Below, piece after piece: positions 26,679 to 40,339 of a stretch of DNA of 64,000 bases (the first letter of the stretch is position 1; each line of letters begins with the position of its first letter). Source of the DNA: Octopus bimaculoides. Lineage: Eukaryota. The stretch spans positions 152,632,668 through 152,696,667 of the forward strand of contig NC_068981.1 in assembly GCF_001194135.2 (NCBI RefSeq), read 5' to 3'. The notes beneath the pieces were generated by a model. The model was given only the letters and a program-made list of their open reading frames with translations, was not told where the DNA came from and made no database searches. The translations under genes were made by a program, and so were the position numbers.

Positions 26679-27170
26679 TTAACAATTATGACTGAATTCA
26701 TGAATCAAATTTCGCCAGCTAGAGCGATCATCAACTAGTTGATACCATTCGTGTGTGGGGATAGACAGGTATTTCAGGTTCCGCTTGACAGTGTCCTTGA
26801 GTTTCAGTATAGACTTACCAATGTTTCGATAGCTATCTGCCAGTTTCGAGAACATGATCTTCTTTGGGAGTCTCTCATCGCCAAGTCTTGTTATGTGATC
26901 TGTCCAACGGAGATTTCTTTGTATCAAGAGTTAGTGCATAGTTTGAAATCCAGTCTTCCTGAGGACTTCGGAGTTTCAGATATGTTGCCGTCATTTATGT
27001 TCATGATAGCTCTCAAATGTCGCATATATTCACTATATACAATTTCAAATGGTAATGATCTAAATGTTTCCACTGGGAAGAATAATGTCTTAAATCTTTT
27101 ATCGAAGCTATATTTGACCTTTCGGAGTTATACGTGATGTTGGTGAATTGAAACTGGAGCAACTACACCG
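26679..27170 (-). mobile_element. RTE/BovB-like LINE 3' fragment
   Basis: QRNLRWTDHITRLGDERLPKKIMF..L....R..GK..LKLKDTVKRNLK...I....W..L..DRSSWR. Confidence 0.85.
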
Positions 27171-27529
27171 TGGAAGAGTCGTTCTCGCTATTTAATAACA
27201 AACAGCAGTAAAATACACTTTAAGTATGTTACATGAGTTGCAGCAGAGATGTGTTTGTAATCAGGTCGCAGTCGTGCAACGAAAATTTTGATACTTCATT
27301 AAATAAGTTTAAATTTATAGTGAACTTAATATCTTTGCGGCATTAAATGGCTAGAATGGTTTTTTCACGATATTTTGTTGGTTATTTCTTTTATAAATAT
27401 TTAATTCAATCGTTATTTTGTGGGTTTGAAAAATTGATTTGATTTCGATAAATTATTTCTTCTTACGCTTATACCGCATTCACATACAGGCATTCATCCA
27501 ACCACTCATCCATCCATCCATCCATCCAT

Positions 27530-27576
<47 letters not shown>

Positions 27577-27989
27577 TACATACATACATACATGCATTCG
27601 TACCTACATGCATTCGTACCTACATGCATTCGTAAAGACATGTATATGGTTAGCAACCTTCTGAATTTCAAATACAACTTTCTGTTGTTCCTTCAGTTAT
27701 ACTTTAGTTATTTGAATATTTCTACAATATTTATTTTCCGTGCATTCCTACATCAAAGACGATTGAGCTAAAAAGATCTCCATTTTGGGTGAATCCAAAT
27801 CTCTTACCTTTTCTGATTTATGGATCCGCCAAAGGGAAAAACTCTGCAACTCGCGTAAAAATAAATTGCTCTTCTCGCGACTGAATGCAAATCAGGAATC
27901 ATTCTCCAAGGAAATATTATAATTCCTTATGTTTATTTTGTGAGTGTTTAGAACAAAGTGGAATACAACATTATAGAGTTACACTTTAT

Positions 27990-28450
27990 CATCTTAACTT
28001 CAATGAGTGCAGGCAACTTCTCTAGCTGTTGCTGATTTCATAAGTACAGTTGTCATTCATAAATGAAGCTGGCTTTTACAAGTGCAGCTGCCTTTGCGGC
28101 TGACTTCTACAAATGTTGTTGACATTCATAAGCAAAGGTCTCATAATGGCAGTTAGTGCAACCAATACAGAAAGCTGACTTTAATACGTGTAGTTAAGTT
28201 GTACAAACGCAGTAGACTTTTTCAAGTGCAGATGGCATGAATATGTGCTTCAGACTTTATAAGTGCAGCAGTTTATAACAAGTGTAACTGACTTATAAAA
28301 CAGCCAACTTTTACAGGTGCAGACGACTTCTACAACATGCGCAGTGGAATTTCACATCTACTATTGACTTTGATAGCATGGGAAGCAAATTTTCACCACA
28401 AAGTGATTGGCTTCTGCAAAATGTGCAGTAGACTTTCACAGTTATATCAG
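27990..28450. repeat. Degenerate minisatellite of roughly 20-21 bp (GCAGCTGACTTTTACAAGT-like)
   Basis: GACTT..ACAAGTGCAG units recur repeatedly. Confidence 0.6.
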
Positions 28451-28496
28451 CTCAAGAAGGCAAACTGCGACAGATAGACAGACAGACAGATAGACA

Positions 28497-28541
<45 letters not shown>

Positions 28542-31516
28542 ACACACAAAATTTAGTTTCATTGTTACCGTTAATATCCACCTTTTTAGAAACAGCAACA
28601 TATATTTAAGTATATGTGATTATTTTAGATACAAATTTATTTTTAGTCCTCTAAATATAACTTTGAATATCATATTTAATTCCCATGTCTTTCGCTTTGA
28701 AAACTTCATCTTTATACCAACCCTAATATTGGGTTCCTTGACTGCTGCTTAAATCGACGTTCTTCTAACACTAAGTTTATGAGAATGTACATGTTAACTT
28801 GTTAGTCTTTCACAGAAGTAAATGTTCTCACGAGTTCTTGTATCTGTTACAGTTAAACTCAGACAAATAACATAAATAGAAGTATCAAAAACATAACGAT
28901 ACGACCCTTATATATTTTTACTCATAATCCAAGAACTAGTACTTTAAAACATTTTTTGACTCAGATATTTCCTTTCTGCCGTCTGCTGAGAATGGCTGGC
29001 TGTTTTAGTTGCGCATGTAGTCTAACATAAGATACAGTGATATTCTGAAAACAAGAGTGACGCTAGCCGCTCGGCTTGTATCTTCATTCACGTCCTGTGT
29101 CTTTGAAGTTACTTGTATTTGGTCTCAAGGCGATAAATGTTTTTATTGTGGTTTAGCGCTTAGCCCCTATCGAGCAGACTTATTGAAGATACTACCATGA
29201 TCATGTCTTCTATTTCAGACACTATCTAGGTGACAGTTTAAAGTGTTCTTCCCTTCCAAGCGTAGTCATCCATTATTTGCAATATAAAGGCAAAGTTGTT
29301 ACATTTTTTTACTCATTCCATCTTAACATTTTCTTCCCATTTAAGGTGTTGAACTGAAAGAATCGTTAGCCTGCCAGGCGAAATGTTTAGCGGCATTTCG
29401 CCCGTTCTGAGTTCAAATTCCACCGGGATCGACTTTGCCTTTCATTCTTTCGAGGTCGATAAAATAAGTACCAATTGAACACTGGGTCGATTTAAGCAAC
29501 TTGGCCCCTCCCCCAAACTTGTGCCAAAATTTGAAATCAATATTTTCTTCCAAGTGAGTGACTTTCTAGGCACTCACACATTGTCGCAATTTTTATTTCA
29601 TCTATTTTTTTTTTCTATTTTGCATTTTGACTGTTTCAATCACAAATTTTGTTTATTCCACAACTATATGTAAAAATAAGTCTATATTTTATTAAATCAG
29701 TATTGTGAAGGTTTTGATAGCTTTTATATTTGACGTTTTGTTCTCATTGTGTTAATAACTGTGGCTATGAAAACAGTATTATCTTTCTTTCTGGTCAGAC
29801 TACTATATGTTTTCATTAGATGAATTCAAGTTTAATATAAAAGGAAGAAAATTGTTTTATCATGTCTTGATTATGGTACAAAAAAATCTCAATATTAATT
29901 AGCCAAGCATTATATTATGCAGTGTGTATTCTTATATGAAAAGACATTTTTTTTTTTGCTACCAGGTCAACACCACAATTACCATACTTAAACACTGTGG
30001 CTTCATACAAATACGCTACTTGTAGAAACCTATATTGTTTATGACTCTATTGATGTTTTAGTTATCATAGTGAAACAGTTTTCGGTCTCTCTTTTACCTA
30101 ACATCATACTTTGAAGATTTGTCATATTTATTTATTACCCATCCAAACTACGTTTATCCTTATCCAGTCTCAATAACAAGTAACATGACTTTCTTTCCAT
30201 ATGGTCTATTAGTGACATCAATTTATATATCTTTTAATCAATATCCAGAAGATAATCAAAGACTAAAATATCACTAAATTATTCATCGTAAAACTACTAA
30301 TTTATGGAATATAAACCAAATTTAACACTACGTTTCTATTTCATACGCCACTATATTGATATGTAACGATATGGCAATGGTATATTTCCAGACTTCATAA
30401 ATCTTGTTTGTATATTCTTTATTGTGTTGTTATTTCTACTGTTACTTCGTATTAATTACTATTATTTTTAGTTCCACCTTTAAGGCGACGAGCTAGCAGA
30501 ATCGTTAGCACGCCGGACAAAGTCTGCAGTGGTATCTCGTCTGGCTCTTTAACTTTGAGCTCAAATTCCATCGCGATCGACTTTGTCTTTTTTCCCTTTC
30601 GAAATCGATAAAGTAAGTACTGGGACCGATTTTCTTTCTTCTCTCGAAAATGTTGAGCTTCCGTCAAAATTAGAAAGAATTATTTTAGCTTCTTCTTGAA
30701 AGAACCGCTGGAGTGTCGAACAAAATGCTTTGTGATAATTAAATTTGGTTCTAGGGGGATCTGATAAAATAAGTACAAATCAAATATTAGGATCGATATA
30801 ATCGATTGTTCTCTCATTTGTGGATTTATGTCTGTGCAAGAACAGTGTAATACAGTTCCCTGTATTATCATCATTACTAAACCCTAATTCTTTTTTGTAA
30901 TTCTTGAATGACACTAACATTTTAGTATTTCATTCTGCAAAATTTATTAAGAAAGACAAGTTTATATATTTCAACGATCAGTAAACAATGTAGAAAATTT
31001 CAAATGTTGAATGTATATCATCAATTTCTAATCATAAAAAGTGTCAAAATGCATATAATCCTATGCCATCAATTTAATTACGTTACCTATTGCCCCTATT
31101 TTCTGTATCACATATAATTACTTTTTTCATACAGTGGAAACAAATAGAATATGAGAGAAGTGTTGAAGTAATTGAATTAGTATAATAATAAAGGAATGTA
31201 TATTTTCAAAGATCAATGTCAGTTGTGGAAAGGATGTTATTGCAATTCTGCTTAAATCCCCGAAAAGTAGTTATTGCTTAGGCATAACTATATATTGTAT
31301 GTTAATGACTATGAGCGACGCTACGTGATTACTCACAAAATACTATAAAACATCTTGAATTTATCAATACTAATAAAAGAGAAGAAAAATATTGCGAATG
31401 ATGATGAAAACAAAAAGTGTTACGGTTATTGTTTCATATTATTTGATGAGAAATAAAGAAATATTGTAAAGATAACTTTAAAATACAATATAAGACATCA
31501 TATGTTGCAACAAAAT

Positions 31517-31522
31517 TTTATT
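31517..31522 (-). terminator. Polyadenylation signal of reflectin A
   Basis: AATAAA on the minus strand at a homologous position in the 3' UTR shared by A, B and C. Confidence 0.7.
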
Positions 31523-31638
31523 GATATAAATTTAAATGTGTCCGAATACTGAGGACGTTAACAAAAATTTGTCAAGTTTCCAGTTAACATTAGCCAGTAG
31601 AATTTCCGAAAAGTCTTGTCGTTTGTGTGATTTCAAAA

Positions 31639-31988
31639 TTAAAATCTGTGCATGTTCATCCAGCGCCCATTGAAGTCCATCTCATAGTGAGACATATCAA
31701 AGAATCTTTCTGGGTAGTCGTAGAACCTATGTCCCCAGCTGTAGTTATGGTAGGGATAATGGTTATAGTAATGGCTCCCTCTGTGGTAATGGTTATAACC
31801 AAAGAAAGGATGGGAGTAATGATTGTACATGTCCATCCAGTTACCATCGAAATCCATTTGGTAATGGGACATATCATAGAACATGTCGTAATAGTTGTGG
31901 TACCTACGTCCCTGACTGTAACTGTGGTAAGGGTAGTAACCCGAATGATGATAACCGTGGTAGCCACTGAATGAATGGAAAGGATGAT
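31639..31988 (-). CDS. reflectin: Reflectin locus A, 3' segment (partial; 5' part lost in the N gap 31989-32482)
   Basis: Reads HPFHSFSGYHG...FYDMSHYQMDFDGNWMDMY...YPERFFDMSHYEMDFNGRWMNMHRF*, with two reflectin motifs, a TAA at 31639-31641 and AATAAA about 117 nt downstream. Confidence 0.93.
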
Positions 31989-32553
31989 NNNNNNNNNNNN
32001 NNNNNNNNNNNNNNNNNNNNNNNNNNNNNNNNNNNNNNNNNNNNNNNNNNNNNNNNNNNNNNNNNNNNNNNNNNNNNNNNNNNNNNNNNNNNNNNNNNNN
32101 NNNNNNNNNNNNNNNNNNNNNNNNNNNNNNNNNNNNNNNNNNNNNNNNNNNNNNNNNNNNNNNNNNNNNNNNNNNNNNNNNNNNNNNNNNNNNNNNNNNN
32201 NNNNNNNNNNNNNNNNNNNNNNNNNNNNNNNNNNNNNNNNNNNNNNNNNNNNNNNNNNNNNNNNNNNNNNNNNNNNNNNNNNNNNNNNNNNNNNNNNNNN
32301 NNNNNNNNNNNNNNNNNNNNNNNNNNNNNNNNNNNNNNNNNNNNNNNNNNNNNNNNNNNNNNNNNNNNNNNNNNNNNNNNNNNNNNNNNNNNNNNNNNNN
32401 NNNNNNNNNNNNNNNNNNNNNNNNNNNNNNNNNNNNNNNNNNNNNNNNNNNNNNNNNNNNNNNNNNNNNNNNNNNNNNNNNNTTTGTCAAGTTTCCAGTT
32501 AACATTAGCCAGTAGAATTTCCGAAAAGTCTTGTCGTTTGTGTGATTTCAAAA

Positions 32554-32853
32554 TTAAAATCTGTGCATGTTCATCCAGCGCCCATTGAAGTCCATCTCAT
32601 AGCCGGACATATCCATAAACATATCTGGGAAATTCATGAAATAATCAAATCTATGGAACCTATCGAAATCATGGAAATTGTGATTGTTGTACATAGATCT
32701 ACCATAGTAACTATCTTGGTCATGATATCTGCCATAGAAGCCATAGGATCTGGGATCAACCATTCTTCCATAAGAATCCATGTATCTGCCATGGAAGTCC
32801 ATTGACATCATGTGCATTGGTTCCATTCTACCGTTGTATATGTGTCCGTACAT
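32554..32853 (-). CDS. reflectin: Reflectin locus A, 5' segment; as assembled a 99-aa short reflectin (MYGHIYNGRMEPMHMMSMDFHGRYMDSYGRMVDP...FPDMFMDMSGYEMDFNGRWMNMHRF*)
   Basis: Contains the reflectin N-terminal motif MEPM..MSMDF(H/Q)GRYMDS.GRMVDP and an MDMSGY.MD repeat motif. First ATG is at 32853 (the track start at 32865 is a TTG). An in-frame TGA lies just inside the upstream acceptor, so the upstream part of the exon is UTR. Confidence 0.93.
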   Translation of the reverse strand: MYGHIYNGRMEPMHMMSMDFHGRYMDSYGRMVDPRSYGFYGRYHDQDSYYGRSMYNNHNFHDFDRFHRFDYFMNFPDMFMDMSGYEMDFNGRWMNMHRF

Positions 32854-32900
32854 GATGGAATACAAAAACTGGTTACCAATTTCTGTAAGTTCAATTCAAG

Positions 32901-33077
32901 CTGAAATTGGAAAATATGAGGGAGTTGCTGAAAAATTATACAATATATATCTGAAAAATTTTATGGTTTGCATTTTCTTCCCATTAATGTGCTCTTTACA
33001 AATCTACCTATTTATACAGGCAAACAGATAACATATAGACAACGTATAACTTCGCACACATTTATGAATGCACGTAC

Positions 33078-33108
<31 letters not shown>

Positions 33109-33469
33109 TGTATGTGTGTATGATATTTCATTGAGTTTTAAGTTCTTCTTTAGAGAGTTCAAGCCAGTCTCTAACAAAGCGACAAGACTTTTTGAGTTAA
33201 AAGAGTTCCCGCTGTTTGTAAATATGTGGTTGGGTTGGTGCATGTATTCATCTAAAGAATCTCAGCTGGAAATCTTTGGAATATCTTACAAATATTCACT
33301 GTGCCACTAATAGTTGGACTTGGAGAATCCACGGCAGCTTCTTGTGTTCTTTCTTCACAAAAAAACCTTATATTTCTTTTGGTACATAGCCTATTTCATC
33401 CATGATGAGAGGTACAAATGAAGATTTATAGTCAGAGTACAAGTGTTGTGAGTTCCTTACTAATTCACC

Positions 33470-33500
<31 letters not shown>

Positions 33501-36295
33501 TGTATGTATGTATGTATGTGCGTGTGCATATATGTCAATATTCAGTTTATTTCAAGATTTCTTGCCAATAGAGAAAGAACCGGTTTCTAACCTAGATCCA
33601 AGGCTCCTTCATTGGAATTTCATCATCAACAACAGGGTATTTATGTATGTATGTATGTGCGGTATTTTCGGTTTTAATTCTTCCCACTAAGAAGTTAGTT
33701 CTGACAAAAAAACAAAGCTTAATCGTTGGAATTGGATAACAAGAAAGGTGCTAAACGCTGAACGCTAGAAAATTCTTGCATATTTTTACTGCTCTGTTTA
33801 CAGATTGTATTTGTAAGGTGCATGGCTAATTGGTTACTTTGTTTAACAGAAAATGATAGCCTTCAAGAATGAAACATTTACTAACATAGCCAAATGCACC
33901 AATAATTATAATTATACTATGTAAATGTGAATTTATAATAAGGTTTGAGAAGCTGCAAGTTTTGAAGCAGTTGCCTACAAATATTCTCCTTGTCACTGAG
34001 TATGGATGAGATGTTCACATGTTGATATCTACTGATATCAACGACTAAACATAATTTCTCCTTCCTGCGTATGTGTATTTATTGTGTGTATGTGTACGTG
34101 TGTGGAGGGGGATGTTAACGCGCGTGTGAATATATCAAGATGCAGCAAAAGAAAGCAAATGTGTCTAGTTCATTTTAAATAAAATTTTAAAATATCTTTT
34201 GTTCAAAATAGAAACTGCACAAATTGAAAATACAAACCAAATCATTAAAAAAAAAAAATGGATGGTTCTTTTGTGCATGAAACGTCACTCAAATTTAAAT
34301 TACTAAAATAACAATAAGCTTTGTTAAATAAATATGCACACAATATCATAACAACATAATGATTATCTATAACTGTAGCTCTAAAAATGACCGTTGCCCT
34401 ATGAAAATCGATTAAATTAATTGCAAATAATTTATATAGATTTTTTAGGCTACATTCATGGACTGGTTTACATTAGACAATATTGCCTACAATGATATAC
34501 TGAAGATCAAAGGAAATCGAAACGCGGCTCTCAAACTTATTATGTGCGGTTCCCGAGATGATTTTGTGTTCCAGTGTTACTTTTCCTAAAGCAGCCTTGA
34601 CATCCTGCCAGCTGTGGAACTGAAGAGTTGATAGAAGCCTTTGCAGTGATTCGAAGTCCAACCGCGAAAAAAGCAGTTCACGGACATGATTAAGCCACAA
34701 TCGCATCATACAAATTTCACAAGAACAACATAAAAATCGACCAATCAACTTGAAGCTATCGTGTGAACAGCATCTCGAATGTTCTCGAATGTTTTTTCCT
34801 ACTTTAGCAGGTTGGCCTATCACAGCAGAGCGCTGTTGGTATTCAGGCAGGACATATATCGGTTTTCACCTTAACGTGCGGCGGACACACATCTTTTGTC
34901 TTTGGTTTTTCAGATAACAAATAGCCGAACAAACGCAGTTAAGTCAGTTCTTACATATTATTCGAATAACCAGTGAAACTTTGATAATTTATGTATGATA
35001 CGTGCAGAATCTTCTCTTAATAAAATCTGTTGTTAAACATTCGCGAGTTTGCTTTTGTTGTAATATATGCAGCCAGCCTGATTTTACATTCAGTTAATAA
35101 AGATACAACATCAATCTTTCTCACGACAACTCGTTCCCATAAAGATTGGTGACTGAACGAAGAAAGGTCTACAACGAACAACAATGGGACCTCTTCAATG
35201 AGCAATCATTAATCAATATACTTAAGTAAGATTGTAGTCATATATATTCTTTTCCTAAATATAATTTAAAAAATATTTTTGTGGATTTTAAGCACAAGAA
35301 AATGCCACCATATGTCTCGTATCTAAAACTCGTCCGTTTCTGCTATAGATTATGATATCAACGACAATTTGAATGTCAACTGAAATATTAAAACGGCAGG
35401 AGGAATATTCTTTTTTATATTCCAATTGGTGAAAAATAGTGTCACTAGTTACATGCTTCTAACAGGATATTCACTGGGCCAATGAAATTCCGACTTTTTT
35501 GCGTATAATTATGTATGATAATAAAGTTATAATTACTTCCACGAATCACACACACACATACACATACACAGAGAAAGAAACAAAAACTCTAAAGAAAGCA
35601 TTCAATAGTACGACTTGGTCAGCTAATATGTCAATTTATTGCAATTATTTCCTAATTGTCCTCTTTGTGCTTTCTACTGTGAACGGAAAGGAAGTTTGTA
35701 AAATTAAAGAAACACAAGGAAAATGAGATTTGAAGCCAATACGAAAGTAAATACTGTTTAGCAAAATGTTCACCTCTTCTGGGTCCACACCATCAACATT
35801 GCACATTAGAAGGCAAAAATATAAAGCCCCAATACGTTAAAGAATGAATATAAAAATCACCGAACACGTTTTAAGCTTTCATTTATTTGTGTTTTTTAAA
35901 GATTAGAGATTTTACTTATTATTCTTCTAGTATGTTAAAGTGGCTAACGTGTATAATTAATGAATAGCACATAGTTATAAATTAGTAGCTATGAAATTAA
36001 TCTGAAATGAAAGTGAATTAAAATTGGAGAACAGCTATGTATGAAAAAATGCAAATTAGAAGTACTGAATATTTGCAAAATGTAAAGAATATAATAAATT
36101 TATACTGAATTATTGTAACTGAATTAATAACAAAATAAAGGAATATGCTTTATAATATAATCAAAGACAAAAGATAGATATAAACTAGCATAGAAACGGT
36201 AAAATATAGAAAATATATATCAGTTACTAAGACAAGAAACATTTGGAACAATTAGCGCAGTATCACTATTCGCAATTTTAATCAAATTGTCTCAC
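32901..36295 (-). other. Predicted 5'-UTR intron of reflectin A (about 3.4 kb)
   Basis: GT donor at 36295; acceptor TTTCCAATTTCAG ending at 32901, matching the C acceptor CCTTCAATTTCAG. Confidence 0.7.
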
Positions 36296-36760
36296 CTTAA
36301 GAAGAACTGAAGTCTCTCAATCGAGATGACGAGTAACACAGAACACTTGTTCTTGGAATAGTTTAGAAAATATATTTTCCACTTTATATACCTTTACAAC
36401 GATAATTAAAATGCTGTGGCAGATTAATTAGTTAATTATATACGAAGTATTTAACAAGTGTATGTTTAATGACTAGCTAAACTTAGTAATTTGATTAACT
36501 TTCATAAAAAAATGAAACAAAATAGTGTTTTTTTTTTTAAATATTACAAAGAATGCTGTATTTTTTGTATATGGCAAAGGTATTTTCAGTTTTTATTCTG
36601 AACGTTGAATGTTTCATATTTTATTTGGTAATCTTTATTGCTGAAATAGAGCGTTCTTATTGTTATAACTGGTTTTACAATTAGTGTCATCCACTTTAAA
36701 TATTTCACATATAAGACGAAGGGAATAATAGGTTTATTTTCCAATTTAGTAGCAATACAA
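36296..36760 (-). promoter_or_regulatory. Reflectin A core promoter, non-coding exon 1 and splice donor
   Basis: On the minus strand: distal motif ATATTTAAAGTGGATGACACTAATTG (36678-36703), TATATAAA (36383-36390) and donor TTAAG|GTGAGAC (intron begins at 36295). Homologous and co-linear with the blocks upstream of B and C. Confidence 0.8.
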
Positions 36761-37619
36761 TCATAGTATCCTAAGAAATACATTCGTCTTGCTTTTGCAA
36801 TGCATAATATTCAACATTTTATGGAAATAAATTATAGTATAGATACGATTTTTAACCACTTTATGCTTCTTCTGGATCTACTTCATTCATAGAAGAAAAA
36901 TGGTTTCAGCTGAAATTGTAACTGTTGTAACATTGTTCCAATTAATATCTGACATACAAAATATTTATGACTAGTTTGTACACCTTTATATAATAGAGTG
37001 AATTTTACATTGATAACAGATATACTTATCAGTGGTCAAGAAATAGTTGTAGGTTACCAACACAGGCAACCAAATATACTTTCAAACAAAACACAAGAAG
37101 CTTAGATATTTTACGAAATCTTATTAAATACATAAGGCAGGTCTGCATGATTTTTTTATGTTTAAATGTCTACATAACTTTTTAAAGCTATTTTTAAAGC
37201 TGATTTCAGCTCTGTTATTAGTTTTTTTTTTCCCATCACGTCTAGTTTTTCAGTGATAAAGTTTTTCTAAATTATGGTATCAGAGAATCAGATGACAGTG
37301 ACTATCTGATTTATTTTCTTCAACAAAATAGATTGCTATAAACCAATGCTGACCTAATATTAGTAAAAGTAAAATAGCAGCCAATGTAAAGTTTATTTAA
37401 CAGTTGTTGGCAACTCTGACAGACGACGTGGCCTTGAAAAGCTGTGTACACGATTGCTAACTGATGTTTTAGTGTTGTTTTAGTAGTACTAGAGGTCAGT
37501 CGTTGGTGATATTTACTTATAAACTCCATTTAAAATGAGTACATATTGATATAATCCAGACATCTTCTGCTATATTTGTGGCAGATATGTTGTCATTAAG
37601 CAGAAACAAAATATAACTG

Positions 37620-38530
37620 ATCTTGTAAAAAATCTATACTTTGCTTATTTTGGTGTAAACTCGGTGATGAAGACAAACCTTGGGATCCACACAAAGTATG
37701 TCACATTTGTGTGGAAGGGCTGAGATTCTGGAAAGCCAGTAAGAAAAGAAATGCCTTTTAGCATACCAATGGTGTGGCAAGAGCCGAGTAATCACGCTGA
37801 CGATTGTTATTTCTACATTGTTGATGTAGAAATAACAATGATGAGTATAGTGCAAAAAATAAACATAAGATAGTGTATCATAGTATTCCTTCAGTTATAC
37901 ATCCTATTGCACATGGAGTTGGCATTCCAGTTCCTCTCCTTCCCACTTGCTTTGAAGAATGTCACATCAGATAGTAATGAAGAAGAAGGTAATGACTGCA
38001 CTCCTGACAAAATCGAAAGTCCAAAGTTATATACACAGGAAGAGCTCAATGATTTGGGGAGTGATTTGAACCTACTAGACTAAAAAATGAAAAAGCTTTT
38101 TTGTTACCGGGAACCTTCTTCTCTTGGCATCATCACAGAGAACACGAGTTGTTACCATTCTTTGCTGAGGATGAATCAGCGGTGCTTTGTTATAATATTA
38201 CGAACCTGCTAAATTACTTTGAGATCGAGAGCAATCCCTCAGAACGGAGGCTGTTCATTGATTCCTCCCATGTTGCTTATGTAAATGGGATAGCAGAGCT
38301 AAAGAAAAGCACTGGATGGTTAAAAACAGGCCACAAAAGAAAAGTTTGTTACCTGGATCCCAAAACATTCAACATGAGCCCTTGATTGAACCTACAAAAG
38401 TACTGCGACCACCTTTGCACATCAAACTGGGTTTGATGAAACAGTTGGATAAATTTTTGCCTGCAGACGGACCATGTTTGCAGTATCTCTAAAAAAATTC
38501 CCAAATACAACCAGTTAGAAAATTAAAGCA
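37620..38530 (+). mobile_element. Decayed DNA-transposon transposase, Chapaev3-like (CMC superfamily)
   Basis: YFAYFG.KLGDEDKPWDPHKVCHICVEGLR, PF.IPMVW.EP.NH.DDCYF, QEELNDL..DLNL, RRLFIDSS and PPLHIKLGLMKQ occur in order with internal deletions. The superfamily name is recalled from these motifs, not searched. Confidence 0.7.
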
Positions 38531-38832
38531 GAAAAAGAGCAGTCATTAGGGCAATTATACAGGAGACGTGAGGACTGTGTAGGCTTGCAATACAAACAGT
38601 ATAATACAATCAACTGCTCAGCTATATCAAAAGATCACTTTCTGAAGACAAGCACGTATCTTTGCATTACTCATTATACAACAGTCGTCGGACACTAACA
38701 ATCTGTTTACAAGATGTAGTCATGTCCATAACATAATCCAACGATGTAGAAAGAATAAAACAGAACAAACTAAAACATCGTGACAGCTGCTACTCTGAAA
38801 AAATTTCAACATGGCACCGCCATTTACACATA

Positions 38833-39050
38833 CGAGGGGATGCTGAAAATTTCCTGGCTTTGAGTGAAAGATTATACAGGAGGATCAGTTAATTATGATT
38901 TTATTCAACATATCCCCCCCACCCAGATTCACACATTTATTGCAACGGTTTTTCCATTTTTCTAAGTCATGTGAAAGAACTCACAAAGTTGAGCCTCCAA
39001 CCAGACCTTTCGCGACACCCTTAAAGCCAGGAACTTTTCAGCACTCCTCG
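38833..39050. mobile_element. Mariner-derived MITE (about 218 bp) with TA TSD
   Basis: TA|CGAGGGGATGCTGAAAATTTCCTGGCTTT ... AAAGCCAGGAACTTTTCAGCACTCCTCG|TA. Confidence 0.9.
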
Positions 39051-39989
39051 TATTCTTTGAAAAGAACCTTGTTTATTAGCAGGTTTGATTATTTGGTTAT
39101 CGCAAAATCAAATTATTGTTATCGTGCACAGAGTTTTCAGAACATTAAATATCCAGTTGTACATATTGGGATAAAAGTAGTCTTTGCTATTTATTTATGT
39201 GGTCGTTCAAATCGAAAAATAAAATGTATTTTGGAAGACTACTCATAAATGATAATATTTATTACTCCTGAAGAATGCAGCAGTAAAGAAACGCGTCAGT
39301 TGTTACACATCAAATTTTGGTGAGTCAGAATTAATCACAAAATAGAATGAATAAATAAAGGATTACATAAATGTTTGGTTGCTGAATCTAACAATAATAT
39401 TCGCTTATATTATCTCTATTTCTGAGAGAATATTGGCTGAATGTAATAGGATTTGTTGTTATTGATTACACTTTGAGAAGTTCATGTATTTTTGCATTAA
39501 GTAATATACGCGTTGCTTTTGATTTCTCCCCAGATATTAAAACTTTAAACGGTCTTAATTTACATTTTTTCATTGTTTTCATCTGATTCATAACGGCGAG
39601 ACCAACGCGATCACTCGTTGAACACTACGTGCCATCATATACAGATTATTTGTAGAATTTGAAAATATTCTTTTCTATTCTAGGTACAAGGCCCGAAATT
39701 TTTAGGGAGGGGGCCAGTCGATTAGAGTGACCCAGTACGCAACTGGTACTTAATTTATCGACCCCAAAATGATGAAAGGCAAAGTCGATTTCGGCGGAAT
39801 TTGTTATTTTAATAGAAGTAAAAGCCTTAAGTTGTTGATAAATCAGGTATTGTTGAAGAAGAAGCTATCAATACAGATCTTGGCAGTGTGTACTGTAACA
39901 GAACTGTTGTTTTACAGAAAATTATTGAAGCGAACAACTTTATAACAGCTTTTTCAAACTGAATGCAAAAAGCTTTTCTGGTATTAGAA

Positions 39990-40249
39990 GGACAGCAATA
40001 TGCACCGCCGGAAGTTGTTGCTGACAAAACAGCGGTAATTTTATTCAACTGAATACACGTCATTGATTGGTTGAAATTACCGAAATACAACAACTTTAAC
40101 ACAAAATAACTTCGTAAATAGCAACTTTTCGCAACAACGCTAAGAGTAAAAGATGTTCTATATGACACATTCTACCAGTATACGAAGTTTCAAAGTGTTT
40201 AATTAAATAAAATTAATTAATCGAGTTGCCCATGAAAAGGAAAAGATCC
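39990..40249. mobile_element. Right arm of a GGATC-family foldback element
   Basis: CGTCATTGATTGGTTGAAATTACCGAAATACAACAAC...TATGACACATTCTACCAGTAT...AAAAGATCC matches the arms of 55464-56384 and 11953-12534. Confidence 0.75.
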
Positions 40250-40339
40250 CGAATTTGTTATCTCCTTAGAAATTTGAATATCATGTATTGTGAAAATTGA
40301 ATTTATTTCTCAGGTTGTAATGATTATGTTACAACTAAG

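Noticed and set aside
29355-29430. tRNA genes suggested by A-box and B-box motifs (here and at other SINE heads)
   Set aside because: No cloverleaf; each is followed by the shared SINE body.
31627-31974. Antisense and alternative-frame ORFs over the reflectins (31627, 31656, 32542, 42117, 43023, 43340, 59987, 60240, 60898)
   Set aside because: Shadow frames of Met/Asp/Tyr/His-rich coding repeats; only the reflectin frame has the family motifs.
34780-34900. GRTYIGF peptide resembling an SLX1-type GIY-YIG nuclease
   Set aside because: A seven-residue match only; the flanking residues do not continue the motif and the frame has stops.
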